A stretch of 36,695 nt of DNA from a bacterium (GTDB taxonomy: Bacteria; Armatimonadota; HRBIN16): positions 1 to 36,695 of the forward strand of contig JANWYZ010000002.1 of the NCBI GenBank assembly GCA_025054895.1. Direction: 5' to 3'. The notes below the pieces were generated by a model. It ran no database searches. It was given only the letters and a program-made list of their open reading frames with translations, and was not told the DNA's origin. Positions 7,430 to 16,925 of this stretch are shown piece by piece (positions within the stretch are counted from its first letter, which is position 1; every line of letters begins with the position of its first letter). Position numbers and translations under genes: made by a program.

Positions 7430-10400
7430 TGCTGGAATCTCTTGTCCGTTTCTCCATCCAGAATCGCATCATTGTCTTGATGTTAGCGTTGTTTGCGATA
7501 GGTGGGGCGATATACCAGGCAACACAGCTGCCTGTCGACGCCGTTCCCGACATCACCAACAAGCAGGTGGTAATCAACGTGATGGCGCCAGGTCTAAGCG
7601 CACAAGAGGTAGAACGGCAAATCACCTTTCCTGTGGAGCTGGGGCTAGCTGGGTTGCCTTACCTGCGGGAAACACGCTCGGTATCCTTATCAGGGCTGTC
7701 GCAGGTGACTGTGGTCTTCGATGACCGGGTGGATATTTACTTCGCAAGGCAGCTGGTCAACGAGCGGCTACAACAGATACAGAGCTCTCTCCCCCCTGGG
7801 ATGCGAGCGGAACTGGGACCTGTTAGCACTGGGCTAGGCGAACTCGCGCATATCGAGATACGCCATCCAGCTCTCAGCCTGATGGAGAAATCTACTCTGG
7901 CAGACTGGGTGGTGCGCCCACAGTTACTAACGGTACCCGGATTAGCAGAGGTAACTCGCTGGGGGGGTGAAACGCTGCAGTTTCAGGTCGAGGTAGACCC
8001 GCGCAAGTTGCAATCGTATGGGCTCACCTTGCGCGATGTGTTGGAGGCCGTGGAATCCAACAACCAGAACGCTGGCGGCGCATACATCACACGAGGCGGA
8101 CAGCAAGCGGTCGTTCGTGGTGTCGGACAAATTAGTGGTTTGGACGACCTGAAACAAGTTGTCATAACCGCTTACAAAGGTGCACCTATCACTCTGTCGC
8201 AGATAGCCAACATCACCGAGGCTCCTGCAGTACGCTACGGTGCGTTCACCCAGCAGGGCGAAGGAGAACAGGTGTACGTGCTGAGCCTGATGCTGCTCGG
8301 CGAGAACGGGCGTGTGGTGGTACAGCGCGTTAAGGACAAATTGCTCGGTATCGAGAAATCGCTGCCCGCAGGAACCAAGCTCATTGCACATTTAGACCGG
8401 TCGAAGCTAGTAAACGGCACACTGTGGACGGTTTTGCGCAACTTGACGGAAGGAGCGCTACTCGTCATTGTACTGCTATTCCTCTTTCTACTTCAGGCGC
8501 GGGCTGGGCTTATCGTCAGCAGCATGATACCGCTATCCATGATGGTTGCCATATTGGGGATGCGCGCTTTCGGCGTATCAGCCAACCTGATGAGCCTCGG
8601 CGCAATTGACTTTGGACTTATTGTAGACGGGGCGGTCATCATCGTGGAGAACACCGTGCGTCGGTTGTCACACGCACATCGCGCTGCTGGTAATTTGACA
8701 CGCGAGCAGGTAGAACACCTGATTCACCAGAGTACGGTGGAAGTGCTTCGCCCTGCCTTGTTCGGGGTGTTCATCATCATGGCGGCATATCTGCCCGTCC
8801 TCACGCTGTCTGGCATAGAGGGCAAAATGTTCCGCCCGATGGCACTTACAGTCATCTTCGCGCTCGCTGGAGCGATGTTGCTTGCCGTGACGGTAATACC
8901 TGCTCTGTGTAGCCAGTTCTTGAAACCCCAAGAAGAACGTCACAATCCTGTGCTCGATCGCCTGGCAAGCTTTTACGTGCGCGCGCTGTGCTGGCACATC
9001 CGTCAGAGAGCCTTTACGTTGGGCGTAGCTATCGTATTCGTCATCATCTGTTTCGGATTGTTTCGGCATCTCGGCAGTGTATTCGTGCCAGAACTGGACG
9101 AAGGGAACGTTGCCATTACAGCGGCTTTTCCGCCAGATACCTCTCTGGAGGAGATGGTACGGCTCATCAGCCGCCTCGAGCAGCACCTGAAGAGGCAATT
9201 CCCCAACGAAATTGAGACCATTTTCACCCGTATTGGACGTCCTGAGGCTGCCACCGACCCGATGCTGGTCAGTCAGGCAGATATCATGGTGGAGCTGAAG
9301 CCGCGTCCGAAGTGGACACAGGCGCGCACCAAGCCAGAGCTGATAGAGCAAATGGCTCAAGAGGTCAGCAAGATGCCGGGCATATCTCCAACCTTCACAC
9401 AACCCATCAAAATGCGGATGGATGAAATGTTGGAAGGGGTCGGCGTACGAGCAGACCTGGCAGTGAAGATTTTTGGAACCGACCTGAACGAATTGGAGCG
9501 TATCGGTCGGCAGGTGGAAGAAGAGATACGCAAAGTACCTGGCACAGCGGACGTGGCACTGGAGGTGACCGAGGGACTGCCTCAGCTGCAGATAACCCTG
9601 CAGCGAGAACGCCTGGCGCGCTATGGCATCCATGCACAAGACGTGATGGACATCGTGGAAACAGCTTTGGCAGGCAAAGTCGGCACCACAATTGTCACTG
9701 GGGCACGGCAGGTGGATGTTGTGGTGCGTTTGCAGGAAGCGTATCGTCAGACGCCTGACATGATTGCGCAGATACTGGTGCCTACGCCAGATGGTGGTCG
9801 GGTTCCTCTCAGCCAGATTGCAGACGTAAGCATTGTGGAAAGCCCTGTGCGCATCACCCGTGAGAACGGGTACAGGCGGGTAGTAGTGCAGGCGAACGCA
9901 CGTGGACGCGACCTGGGCACAATGACCGAAGAGGTGCAACAACGGCTGCAGCGCCTCCGGCTGCCTGTCGGCTACTGGATAGAGTATGGTGGAGCCTACG
10001 AGCATCTGGTGACCGGGCGAACGCGGCTGAGCATCGTAGTGCCTGCAACCTTTGCAACTATCTTTTTGCTGTTGGTGCTGGCGCTGGGTAACATTCGCTA
10101 CCCGCTAATGGTGTTTACCGCCATACCATTTGCGCTTACCGGAGGCATCCTGTCGTTGTGGCTACGGGGAATGCCTTTTTCCATGTCGGCTGGGGTCGGC
10201 TTTATCGCTCTTGGGGGCATCGCGGTTTTGAACGGACTGGTGATGATAGACGCCATCCACCGCAACAGGAAAGAGGGCATGGCTTGTCTGGACGCCGTTA
10301 TCGAGGGAGCACGTGCACGGATGCGTCCCGTGCTGATGACCGCAAGCGTAGCGAGTTTCGGATTCTTGCCGATGGCGCTCTCTCAGGGTATGGGCGCAGA

Positions 10401-10569
10401 AGTGCAACGCCCCTTGGCGACCGTGGTCATTGGCGGGGTGATTACCAGCACCCTGCTCACACTCGTTGTGCTGCCAACGCTGTACGCCTGGATAGAACAG
10501 TGGATGGAAGCGCGGGAAGCGCGAGCGATACCCACAGGTGCTGTCGCGTCGGAGCGAATACTGTCTTGA
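7429..10569 (+). CDS. CusA/CzcA-family heavy-metal efflux RND transporter
   Basis: 1046 aa. N-terminus SLVRFSIQNRIIVLMLALFAIGGAIYQATQLPVDAVPDITNKQV is typical of HME-RND pumps, as is the 12-TM layout with two large periplasmic loops. Confidence 0.95.
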   Translation: MLESLVRFSIQNRIIVLMLALFAIGGAIYQATQLPVDAVPDITNKQVVINVMAPGLSAQEVERQITFPVELGLAGLPYLRETRSVSLSGLSQVTVVFDDRVDIYFARQLVNERLQQIQSSLPPGMRAELGPVSTGLGELAHIEIRHPALSLMEKSTLADWVVRPQLLTVPGLAEVTRWGGETLQFQVEVDPRKLQSYGLTLRDVLEAVESNNQNAGGAYITRGGQQAVVRGVGQISGLDDLKQVVITAYKGAPITLSQIANITEAPAVRYGAFTQQGEGEQVYVLSLMLLGENGRVVVQRVKDKLLGIEKSLPAGTKLIAHLDRSKLVNGTLWTVLRNLTEGALLVIVLLFLFLLQARAGLIVSSMIPLSMMVAILGMRAFGVSANLMSLGAIDFGLIVDGAVIIVENTVRRLSHAHRAAGNLTREQVEHLIHQSTVEVLRPALFGVFIIMAAYLPVLTLSGIEGKMFRPMALTVIFALAGAMLLAVTVIPALCSQFLKPQEERHNPVLDRLASFYVRALCWHIRQRAFTLGVAIVFVIICFGLFRHLGSVFVPELDEGNVAITAAFPPDTSLEEMVRLISRLEQHLKRQFPNEIETIFTRIGRPEAATDPMLVSQADIMVELKPRPKWTQARTKPELIEQMAQEVSKMPGISPTFTQPIKMRMDEMLEGVGVRADLAVKIFGTDLNELERIGRQVEEEIRKVPGTADVALEVTEGLPQLQITLQRERLARYGIHAQDVMDIVETALAGKVGTTIVTGARQVDVVVRLQEAYRQTPDMIAQILVPTPDGGRVPLSQIADVSIVESPVRITRENGYRRVVVQANARGRDLGTMTEEVQQRLQRLRLPVGYWIEYGGAYEHLVTGRTRLSIVVPATFATIFLLLVLALGNIRYPLMVFTAIPFALTGGILSLWLRGMPFSMSAGVGFIALGGIAVLNGLVMIDAIHRNRKEGMACLDAVIEGARARMRPVLMTASVASFGFLPMALSQGMGAEVQRPLATVVIGGVITSTLLTLVVLPTLYAWIEQWMEAREARAIPTGAVASERILS

Positions 10570-10636
10570 CGGCTCACCATATAGTGTGGCACAATCTAGC
10601 TTGCAAAAACAATCTCTCAGGAGGAGTTGCGCACCG

Positions 10637-11479
10637 ATGATTTCCAGCCAAAAGCAGTACGCGCTCACGCCCGAGCAGGTACAGTTTTACCACGAAAACG
10701 GCTATCTGTTGTTGAAATCCGTCTTCTCCCGTGAAGAAGCGCACTACCTGCGTGAAGAGGCGCATGCACTGGTTGCTCGCCTGGCGCGGGTATACTCCGA
10801 AAATGGCATTAACGCCACCTGGGGCAGCGCGAAGGAGGTTACGCAACTACCCACGCAACTGTTGCACTGTCACAACGCCCAGTACCACAGCGCTGCCTTC
10901 GCTCGCCTGATGCTGGATCCGCGCCTGACCGACCGCATCGCCGACCTCATCGGCGCAAACATTCAGCTGCACCACACGAAGCTATTCATTAAGCCTCCCG
11001 AGAAGGGTTCGCCATTCCCCATGCACCAGGACTATCCCTACTTTCCGCATGAGAAGCATACCATGCTGGCGGCGATTGTGCATTTTGACGACGCCCCCGT
11101 CGAGAAGGGATGCGTGTGCGTGGTGCCGGGCAGCCACAAACTGGGACCGCTGCAGCATAACCCCGAAGGAGGTTGGCACCTGCCTGTGGAACAGTATCCC
11201 ATCGAGCGAGCGACGCCAATACCCGCCGAGGCAGGCGACGTGGTGGTCTTCAGTTACCTGACCATTCACGGTTCGGGGGTGAACACCAGCCATGAGGCGC
11301 GCACCACGCTGTTAATTCAAATGCGCGACCCGACCGACCACCCGACCGAGCTAGTACACCTGTCGCGCGGGCAAGGCATTATGCTGCGCGGCTTTGACCC
11401 CGAAGCAGATGCAGGCGTAAGCACCGATTCGGTGTCGCGCTATATCCGTCAGCGTCAAGCGGAGGCAGTAATCCGATAA
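10637..11479 (+). CDS. Phytanoyl-CoA dioxygenase (PhyH) family Fe(II)/2-oxoglutarate dioxygenase
   Basis: Contains FYHENGYLLLKSVFS, an HxD facial-triad motif (PMHQDYPYF) and a distal His (LTIHGSGVN). CAGGAGGAG precedes the ATG at 10637. Confidence 0.8.
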   Translation: MISSQKQYALTPEQVQFYHENGYLLLKSVFSREEAHYLREEAHALVARLARVYSENGINATWGSAKEVTQLPTQLLHCHNAQYHSAAFARLMLDPRLTDRIADLIGANIQLHHTKLFIKPPEKGSPFPMHQDYPYFPHEKHTMLAAIVHFDDAPVEKGCVCVVPGSHKLGPLQHNPEGGWHLPVEQYPIERATPIPAEAGDVVVFSYLTIHGSGVNTSHEARTTLLIQMRDPTDHPTELVHLSRGQGIMLRGFDPEADAGVSTDSVSRYIRQRQAEAVIR

Positions 11480-11658
11480 TCTGCTTTGTTGTGATGAACC
11501 CTCCACCTTCTGTCGGAGGCAGTGTGGGGGACGGCTTTAGCAAATGCAGTCTGCTGTGGCGCGCCCATCTTGCGCGTGAATTGAGGGCAAGACATCTGTA
11601 CTACGTTAAAGCAGGTTGGACAAATGGCTACAAACGATAGAGAAGGAGGTCTCCCGAG

Positions 11659-12441
11659 ATGAAACGAAACGGCTTTACGCTCATCGAATTGCTGGTGGTT
11701 ATCGCGATTATCGCGATACTGGCGGCGATTCTGTTCCCTGTGTTCGCACAGGCGCGTACGAAGGCGCGTCAGGCGGCTGATATCAGCAACATGAAACAGC
11801 AAGGCCTGGCGCTGCTGATGTATTCGCAGGACTATGACGAGAAGCTACTGGGCTTCGGGTTACCGTACGAGGGCGACCCACGCTGCTCGCCCGGTCCGTG
11901 GGTGTACTGGCCCGCGTTGCTACAGCCGTATGTGAAGAATACTCGTGTTTTCCTTTCACCCCAGCTGGAAGCAGCGTACGATGCCAACCAGTCCTGGGTC
12001 TGCAAGGGGCTGAACATTAACCTCAGCCCGGACGGCAACACGCTGTACTTCTCGTATATGCTGAATGGGGTGGAGGTGTGGAACTTTACACGCTGGAAAG
12101 ATAACAACCCGGGCGAACACTGGGGCATTGTGTGGTGGCGGTATCCCAGTCAGGCTGTGCTGCAAGAGCCAGCAGGAACCATCTACGTGGTGAATGGACA
12201 TTGTCCAGACTCGTGGCAAGATGGGCATCTTGACTACCCGCTGTTCCGGGGGTGGAACACCTGGACCTGCACCGGTACTGACTGGAGCTCGCGTGACCCT
12301 AACCGGCAGGGCTTCTTCAACAGTATGCAGAACATCATCTGGACGGACGGGCACGTTTCCACTCGCAAGTGGGGGCAAACCTTCCCGCATGAGTGGACGG
12401 TGCAGGCTGACCGTGAGGTAGACCCTGTGTTGAATCCGTAG
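11659..12441 (+). CDS. Prepilin-type N-terminal cleavage/methylation domain protein (DUF1559-like)
   Basis: N-terminus MKRNG|[33 protein letters not shown] with Glu at +5. The C-terminal WTDGHV resembles the DG of the H-X9-DG motif, but the expected His is a Phe. GAAGGAGG Shine-Dalgarno. Confidence 0.75.
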   Translation: MKRNGFTLIELLVVIAIIAILAAILFPVFAQARTKARQAADISNMKQQGLALLMYSQDYDEKLLGFGLPYEGDPRCSPGPWVYWPALLQPYVKNTRVFLSPQLEAAYDANQSWVCKGLNINLSPDGNTLYFSYMLNGVEVWNFTRWKDNNPGEHWGIVWWRYPSQAVLQEPAGTIYVVNGHCPDSWQDGHLDYPLFRGWNTWTCTGTDWSSRDPNRQGFFNSMQNIIWTDGHVSTRKWGQTFPHEWTVQADREVDPVLNP

Positions 12442-12450
12442 CCGAGAACG

Positions 12451-12476
12451 CGCCCTCCGGCTCCAGCCGGAGGGCG
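12451..12476 (+). terminator. Strong 11-bp hairpin CGCCCTCCGGC-TCCA-GCCGGAGGGCG without a U tract
   Basis: Perfect inverted repeat 10 nt after the stop at 12441. No T run follows, so its role (terminator versus stabiliser) is uncertain. Confidence 0.4.
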
Positions 12477-12496
12477 TGCTGGATGGAGGTTCTCTC

Positions 12497-12703
12497 ATGA
12501 AACGCGAAGTGCCGCCCATTGTGGCGATAGCAGTGATAGTGGTCGCAGTAGCGATTGCCGCTTTCTTCTACGCGCGTCACTGGTTCTCGGGTCCACAACG
12601 CATTTCGGGCACGCCGCCGCCCGGAGTGAACCTGGCTCCACCTGCGCCGGGACAATCGCAATCGCCGATGGCACCACCGCCTTCCCCGGGGTACGGAAGG
12701 TAG
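12497..12703 (+). CDS. Small single-pass membrane protein with Pro-rich tail (hypothetical)
   Basis: 68 aa from the internal ATG at 12497, preceded by GGAGG. TM helix PPIVAIAVIVVAVAIAAFFY, then a Pro-rich C-terminus. Confidence 0.45.
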   Translation: MKREVPPIVAIAVIVVAVAIAAFFYARHWFSGPQRISGTPPPGVNLAPPAPGQSQSPMAPPPSPGYGR

Positions 12704-12750
12704 CGGCTCGTTGACTGGAGACCGTACGTTTTTCACGCAGGGGGGAGATA

Positions 12751-13452
12751 TCAATATTCAGGAGGCAGAGGGCGATAATAGACGTAGCGCGAGCGGCGCA
12801 ACCTTCTCAAAATCCTGTTTCTGCCCATTACCAAAACGGTTACTGCCCCAGCCACAAACCCTCCTGCGTGCGCCATCGTGGCCACGCCCGGTTGAAACTG
12901 AAACTGCATCAGAAACCACAGCCCCAGCAGGATGAATGCGGGTACTGCCACCACGTCAATAATGAAGAAAAAGATGACCAGCACCCGTATCCGCGCGGCA
13001 GGGAAAAGCACAAAGTAGGCTCCTAATGCCCCTGCGATAGCGCCACTGGCTCCCACGGTAGGAATCTGAGAATTCACGTTGAGTATCACGTGTGACAGGG
13101 CTGCTGCGACGCCCCACAGCAGATACCATACCAGAAATTGAAAATGCCCCAGAGCATCTTCCACGTTGTTGCCGAAAATCCAGAGGTATAGCATGTTGCC
13201 GCCCAGATGCAAAATACCAGCGTGCAGGAACATTGAGGTAAAGATGGTCAGCCAGTGGGGCGTAATCGGCGGTACCTGATACTCGCACTGTCCGGAGATG
13301 GTACAGGGAATCATCGCGTACTCAATAAGAGCCTCCGGCGCACCGAAGCCGATCAACTTGTCATACAGAAAAACGAGTACGTTGACGACAATCAGAGCGA
13401 CGGTGACAATCGGGAAAGAACGAGTCGGATTTTCATCACCAAGCGGTATCAC
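12751..13452 (-). CDS. Rhomboid-family intramembrane serine protease
   Basis: 233 aa, polytopic. Contains HLGGNMLYLWIFG and the catalytic GASGAIAGALGAYF motif, with a downstream AHAGGF His. Confidence 0.9.
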   Translation of the reverse strand: MIPLGDENPTRSFPIVTVALIVVNVLVFLYDKLIGFGAPEALIEYAMIPCTISGQCEYQVPPITPHWLTIFTSMFLHAGILHLGGNMLYLWIFGNNVEDALGHFQFLVWYLLWGVAAALSHVILNVNSQIPTVGASGAIAGALGAYFVLFPAARIRVLVIFFFIIDVVAVPAFILLGLWFLMQFQFQPGVATMAHAGGFVAGAVTVLVMGRNRILRRLRRSRYVYYRPLPPEY

Positions 13453-13635
13453 AGCCGCAGCCCTTTCATCGTACGCCTGTTAGATACAGTATACCTCAAT
13501 TCTTGCCAAATGCGGAATTCATATCGCAAATGAACCTTTTACCCTGCTGATGCGTCTATAAATTTGAAACGTTTAAGCATTACTGTTCCTGTAATAGCAA
13601 GAGGGACCACGAGCAGCATCAAAAATGAAGCCATT

Positions 13636-13663
13636 GGGCGTGCGTGGGCACGCCCCTTTTTTT
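13636..13663 (-). terminator. Bidirectional-looking terminator hairpin GGGCGTGC-GTGG-GCACGCCC flanked by A/T runs
   Basis: 8-bp GC stem immediately after the stop (13662-13664) of the last pilin-operon gene. There is a T7 run on the + strand and an interrupted T-rich run on the - strand. Confidence 0.55.
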
Positions 13664-14108
13664 AGCTCCATTTTACACCGTCGGAGGCTCGACGCACTAT
13701 CCAGCTCCAGATTGCCCAGCTTAGCGCAGCGCCGACTGAACTCCACACCAGGAATCTCCACATCGTTTGCCAGAAACCGCCGCGCTGTTGCTGTTGAATC
13801 TGGCTCTCAGCTTGCTGAAGCACCTGCTTCGCCTGTTCATCGGACACTTTCTGTGTTGCCTGCAACAGCGGTGTGCTGTCCGCGCCGGCTTGTTGTTCGA
13901 CTGGAGGCGTGCGTTTGGGAACCGATATCACCGGCGGAGGCGGCAGCTGCGGAGCCTGTTCCAACTGTTGCAGACGGGTGGCATCGTCGAACTCGCGGCT
14001 GAGCCCAGCGGCTTCTTGCGCCCCGCGAGGGTCAAAGCCGACTGCCAGCGTCGGACCGGTGATAACGCACGTGCAGAAACAGAGAACGAGCATGTGTACT
14101 ACTCTCAT
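13662..14108 (-). CDS. Hypothetical secreted/anchored Gln- and Pro-rich protein, last gene of the pilin operon
   Basis: 148 aa from the ATG at 14108. An AGGAGG lies 8 nt upstream and the start overlaps the upstream stop (ATGA). It has a signal-like N-terminus, a low-complexity Q/P-rich middle and a C-terminal Trp-rich TM helix. Confidence 0.5.
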   Translation of the reverse strand: MRVVHMLVLCFCTCVITGPTLAVGFDPRGAQEAAGLSREFDDATRLQQLEQAPQLPPPPVISVPKRTPPVEQQAGADSTPLLQATQKVSDEQAKQVLQQAESQIQQQQRGGFWQTMWRFLVWSSVGAALSWAIWSWIVRRASDGVKWS

Positions 14109-15907
14109 TGTCCCGTACCTCCTGAGAGCACCTGCCACAGCTTGGGTATCATCTTCGGCGCACGAGGCAGGTTGATGTCGATGAGGGGCGGACTGCCCGG
14201 GCCCTTATCGCGAATGCGGTTGTCGTAATTCATGCGCAGGGGCAAGCTATACAGCACCATCGCCTCATCTTTGCAGATGATGGAGCCGTTGATGGTGCAG
14301 CCGCCGCCGCCTGTCGCGATGTTGCCGCCGCCCACGAAGTTGGTGTACATGATAGCGTCGATCTGGTTGATGTTTTCTGAAATACTGGCAATATAGTCGT
14401 CGCTATAGAGCGATTGATACCTCTTCCTGCCGTAGCTATCTGTTTGAGTGGCATCGTACGCCGGTATCAGGTTGCCGTACTCATCGTAGCGCGGCTTGGT
14501 GAAGGGAGGTCTCATATAGTACAGGGGATAGTAGCCGAAGTTCTTCACGTTGCCCATGATGACGCTTCCCCGCGCGGCTAAACCGAGGATATCTCTCTTC
14601 TCGTTTTGCCGCTCGATAGCCGCGGGGTCGGTGCCTCGGAAATCAGGCGGGTTTTTGTAGCGCACACTGCCTACAATGTGCACGTTGCGTCCGGCGTAAA
14701 GCGTGCCCTGCCCCTGCACGAAGCCCTTGATGACCACGTCGCCGGTGAAAGTGACGGGACCGTGGATTCGGATAGGACGGTCGCTCGTGCCAATGAGCAC
14801 CGCGGAGCCATTCACCACGCCGTTGGTGGAGATACGCTGGTACTGATTGAGCGAGTTGTTCCACACCTCCACGTACGCCCCCTGCCCGTAGTCGGGGTTA
14901 GGAGTACCGTCGGCGAAGGTCTGTTTCTGGTCGACATAGCTCTGCGACAGGTTAATATAGCGGTTGATGTCGTCCAGGTCGGGCATGGGCAGTTCTTGCG
15001 TCGGCGTGGGGTCTAGCACAGTCCCACCGTAGGTCTTGGTGCCGCGTGCGTCCGCTACCACTGCGCCTGCTACCCTGCCGTTGACGATACTGCCGGTCTG
15101 GTCGTATATCAGGTCACGCCACTGTTCGTAGGTCGCGGAGCCTTTCGCACCGTGGCGAGTGGCATCGTAAGCCTGACGTGCGCGCGGATTGTTCTGACTG
15201 TTGTAGAAGCTGTTCGTCCACTGGGTAGGGGTGATATTGACAATACCCGCCGCCGGCGGTACCAACTTGTTGTTCGCCGAAGCGTACACGCTACCGTTGA
15301 TGGTGGGAGCGCCGCCGCTGAAGTCGAAGTTGCCGTTGGCGCGCATGTCGCCGTTGACGATGAGGTCGTTTGCTCCAAACCCGTACATCCAACCGTAGTT
15401 GTTGGCGAAGTAAGCATAATCAAACACCCCAGAACGGTCAAGGGTGAACTCCATTGTCTGCTCGAGTACCGTACGCGGCTCGCCATTATCCAGCTGCCCA
15501 TCGTTGTCGCGGTCTATCCAGCCTACCGAACGGAAGGTCAGTTCGCGACTGAAGTTGCTGTTGATGCGCTGCCCGACAATGCCGCAGGAGTAACGCAAGC
15601 CGCCTCCCAAATCCCCTCCCACTGTAGCCATTGGGTTATTAGGAGATGCACTTTGCCAGGGCACGAAACTGTCGAACTTTTGCTCTACCTTGAACTGTTT
15701 CCATACCTGCATCTTTTTGTATTCCAGTCCCGCTTCAGCAGCGTACAGGGAACGCACCGCCTGTTCTTCTCGCACTACATGACGTGAGCCGCTGGTGCTC
15801 AGGCTAAGTAGCGCAGTGCCCAGACCGAAGGACATAAACAACACCAGCAGCGAAGTGACCAGAGCGGTCGCTCGCTGCGATCTCTTGCTATACAACCTTT
15901 TGCTCAT
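14105..15907 (-). CDS. Large PilX/GspK-like minor pseudopilin (600 aa)
   Basis: - ATG at 15907 preceded by AAGGAGG.
- The N-terminus RATALVTSLLVLFMSFGLGTALLSLS...AVRSLYAAEAGLE matches the PilX N-terminal pattern: hydrophobic helix, no Glu5, AEAG motif.
- The remainder is Gly/Asn-rich with repeated V/I-x-G strands. Confidence 0.6.
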   Translation of the reverse strand: MSKRLYSKRSQRATALVTSLLVLFMSFGLGTALLSLSTSGSRHVVREEQAVRSLYAAEAGLEYKKMQVWKQFKVEQKFDSFVPWQSASPNNPMATVGGDLGGGLRYSCGIVGQRINSNFSRELTFRSVGWIDRDNDGQLDNGEPRTVLEQTMEFTLDRSGVFDYAYFANNYGWMYGFGANDLIVNGDMRANGNFDFSGGAPTINGSVYASANNKLVPPAAGIVNITPTQWTNSFYNSQNNPRARQAYDATRHGAKGSATYEQWRDLIYDQTGSIVNGRVAGAVVADARGTKTYGGTVLDPTPTQELPMPDLDDINRYINLSQSYVDQKQTFADGTPNPDYGQGAYVEVWNNSLNQYQRISTNGVVNGSAVLIGTSDRPIRIHGPVTFTGDVVIKGFVQGQGTLYAGRNVHIVGSVRYKNPPDFRGTDPAAIERQNEKRDILGLAARGSVIMGNVKNFGYYPLYYMRPPFTKPRYDEYGNLIPAYDATQTDSYGRKRYQSLYSDDYIASISENINQIDAIMYTNFVGGGNIATGGGGCTINGSIICKDEAMVLYSLPLRMNYDNRIRDKGPGSPPLIDINLPRAPKMIPKLWQVLSGGTGQ

Positions 15908-15924
15908 CTCGCGCACCTCCTTTG

Positions 15925-16431
15925 CTATCGGTTGCGCAGCACCACCAGCTCCTGCATCCTCAAGTAACGCACGCCAGCAGGCGTTTGCCTCTGCACGCAG
16001 AGCCGTACGGTCACGGTGCGTCCATTCGCGCCCAGCTGGAAAAGAGGGTAGGTGGTGCCTGTTGCCGGGTCGATGTTCATGACCCCATTGAGCAGGTGAA
16101 CTGTATCGGTCGGACCTTCTGCTGGATGCCATACTAGCGTCTGACCGGATAGCCCGACAACCCCGTCTGCTCCGTTTGGTAGCACATAGGTTACCTGCGT
16201 TTGTGAGGTGTTCACACTAACCGAGCGTGCACGGCGCAGCTCACTGGTGATGCGACGCATCGCTAACGTGGCGTCCATTGTCACCTGAACGTCGGCAGAG
16301 TTGCGCTGCCATGCTCGGGTAGATGTGCTGAGCATTGGCATCAGCGCCATCAGCAAGATGAGCATGATGCCACTGGCAACGAGCAATTCAACCAGAGTGA
16401 CTGCACGACAAGCGTTGGTGTTCCTTCGCAT
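15925..16431 (-). CDS. Minor pseudopilin (PilW/GspJ-like) with prepilin-type N-terminus
   Basis: MRRNTNACRA|VTLVELLVASGIMLILLMAL has Glu at +5 and a non-canonical Ala at the cleavage site. GGAGG lies 9 nt upstream. Confidence 0.7.
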   Translation of the reverse strand: MRRNTNACRAVTLVELLVASGIMLILLMALMPMLSTSTRAWQRNSADVQVTMDATLAMRRITSELRRARSVSVNTSQTQVTYVLPNGADGVVGLSGQTLVWHPAEGPTDTVHLLNGVMNIDPATGTTYPLFQLGANGRTVTVRLCVQRQTPAGVRYLRMQELVVLRNR

Positions 16432-16470
16432 ACTCGTAACCCTCCTTCTTCACACCTCTGTACGGGCAAA

Positions 16471-16914
16471 TTACAAATTGGTCACCAGCGTGCGCAGCTC
16501 TATCTGGCGTGTTTGCCCGTTGATGTCTCGCCAGCTTACTCGCACCGTCACCCGCCTGACATCCCACGCTACGTCTTCCACCACAATCTGTCCCTGTCCG
16601 TTTGGAAGCATGCGTGCAGGGCTTTCGCGGCTCGAGTCGTCGGTGTTGGTGAAGGAGAACGGCGATGTATTCGGACTGGCGTCAATCAATCCGTAGGCGC
16701 GTAAGCCGTCGTAGGTCAAGTTGCTATAGCCGGCGAGCTTCACCGCCTCCATGCGCCGCTGAGCCAGCGCCATCGCCATCGCTCGCCATTTTGCTCCGCC
16801 GCTTAATCGCTGGCTTACTGGAAACAGCGCGCCGAAGATTACCGCCACCACGCCCAGCAGGAAGATGGACAGTACAATCTCTGCCAGTGTAAAACCTCGT
16901 GCTCGCCGTTTCAT
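16471..16914 (-). CDS. Minor pseudopilin (PilV/GspI-like) with prepilin-type N-terminus
   Basis: MKRRARG|FTLAEIVLSIFLLGVVAVIF from the internal ATG at 16914, preceded by GAGGAGG. Confidence 0.7.
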   Translation of the reverse strand: MKRRARGFTLAEIVLSIFLLGVVAVIFGALFPVSQRLSGGAKWRAMAMALAQRRMEAVKLAGYSNLTYDGLRAYGLIDASPNTSPFSFTNTDDSSRESPARMLPNGQGQIVVEDVAWDVRRVTVRVSWRDINGQTRQIELRTLVTNL

Positions 16915-16925
16915 GGCTAACCTCC

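Noticed and set aside
8668-10005. 445-aa ORF antisense to the RND pump gene
   Set aside because: It lies wholly inside and opposite a high-confidence czcA/cusA-type gene. The composition is Cys/His/Arg-rich junk typical of antisense frames in GC-rich DNA, and there is no Shine-Dalgarno sequence.
4647-10569. Efflux operon as a horizontally acquired island
   Set aside because: It looks slightly less GC-rich by eye, but there are no flanking mobility genes, tRNA or direct repeats. The composition difference was not computed.
15908-16132. 75-codon N-terminal extension of the PilX-like ORF, and the similar extension 28481-28600 of the octahaem ORF
   Set aside because: Internal ATGs with strong AAGGAGG sites give proper signal or PilX-type N-termini. 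The extensions overlap the upstream gene or REP elements and are Arg/His-rich non-coding-looking sequence.
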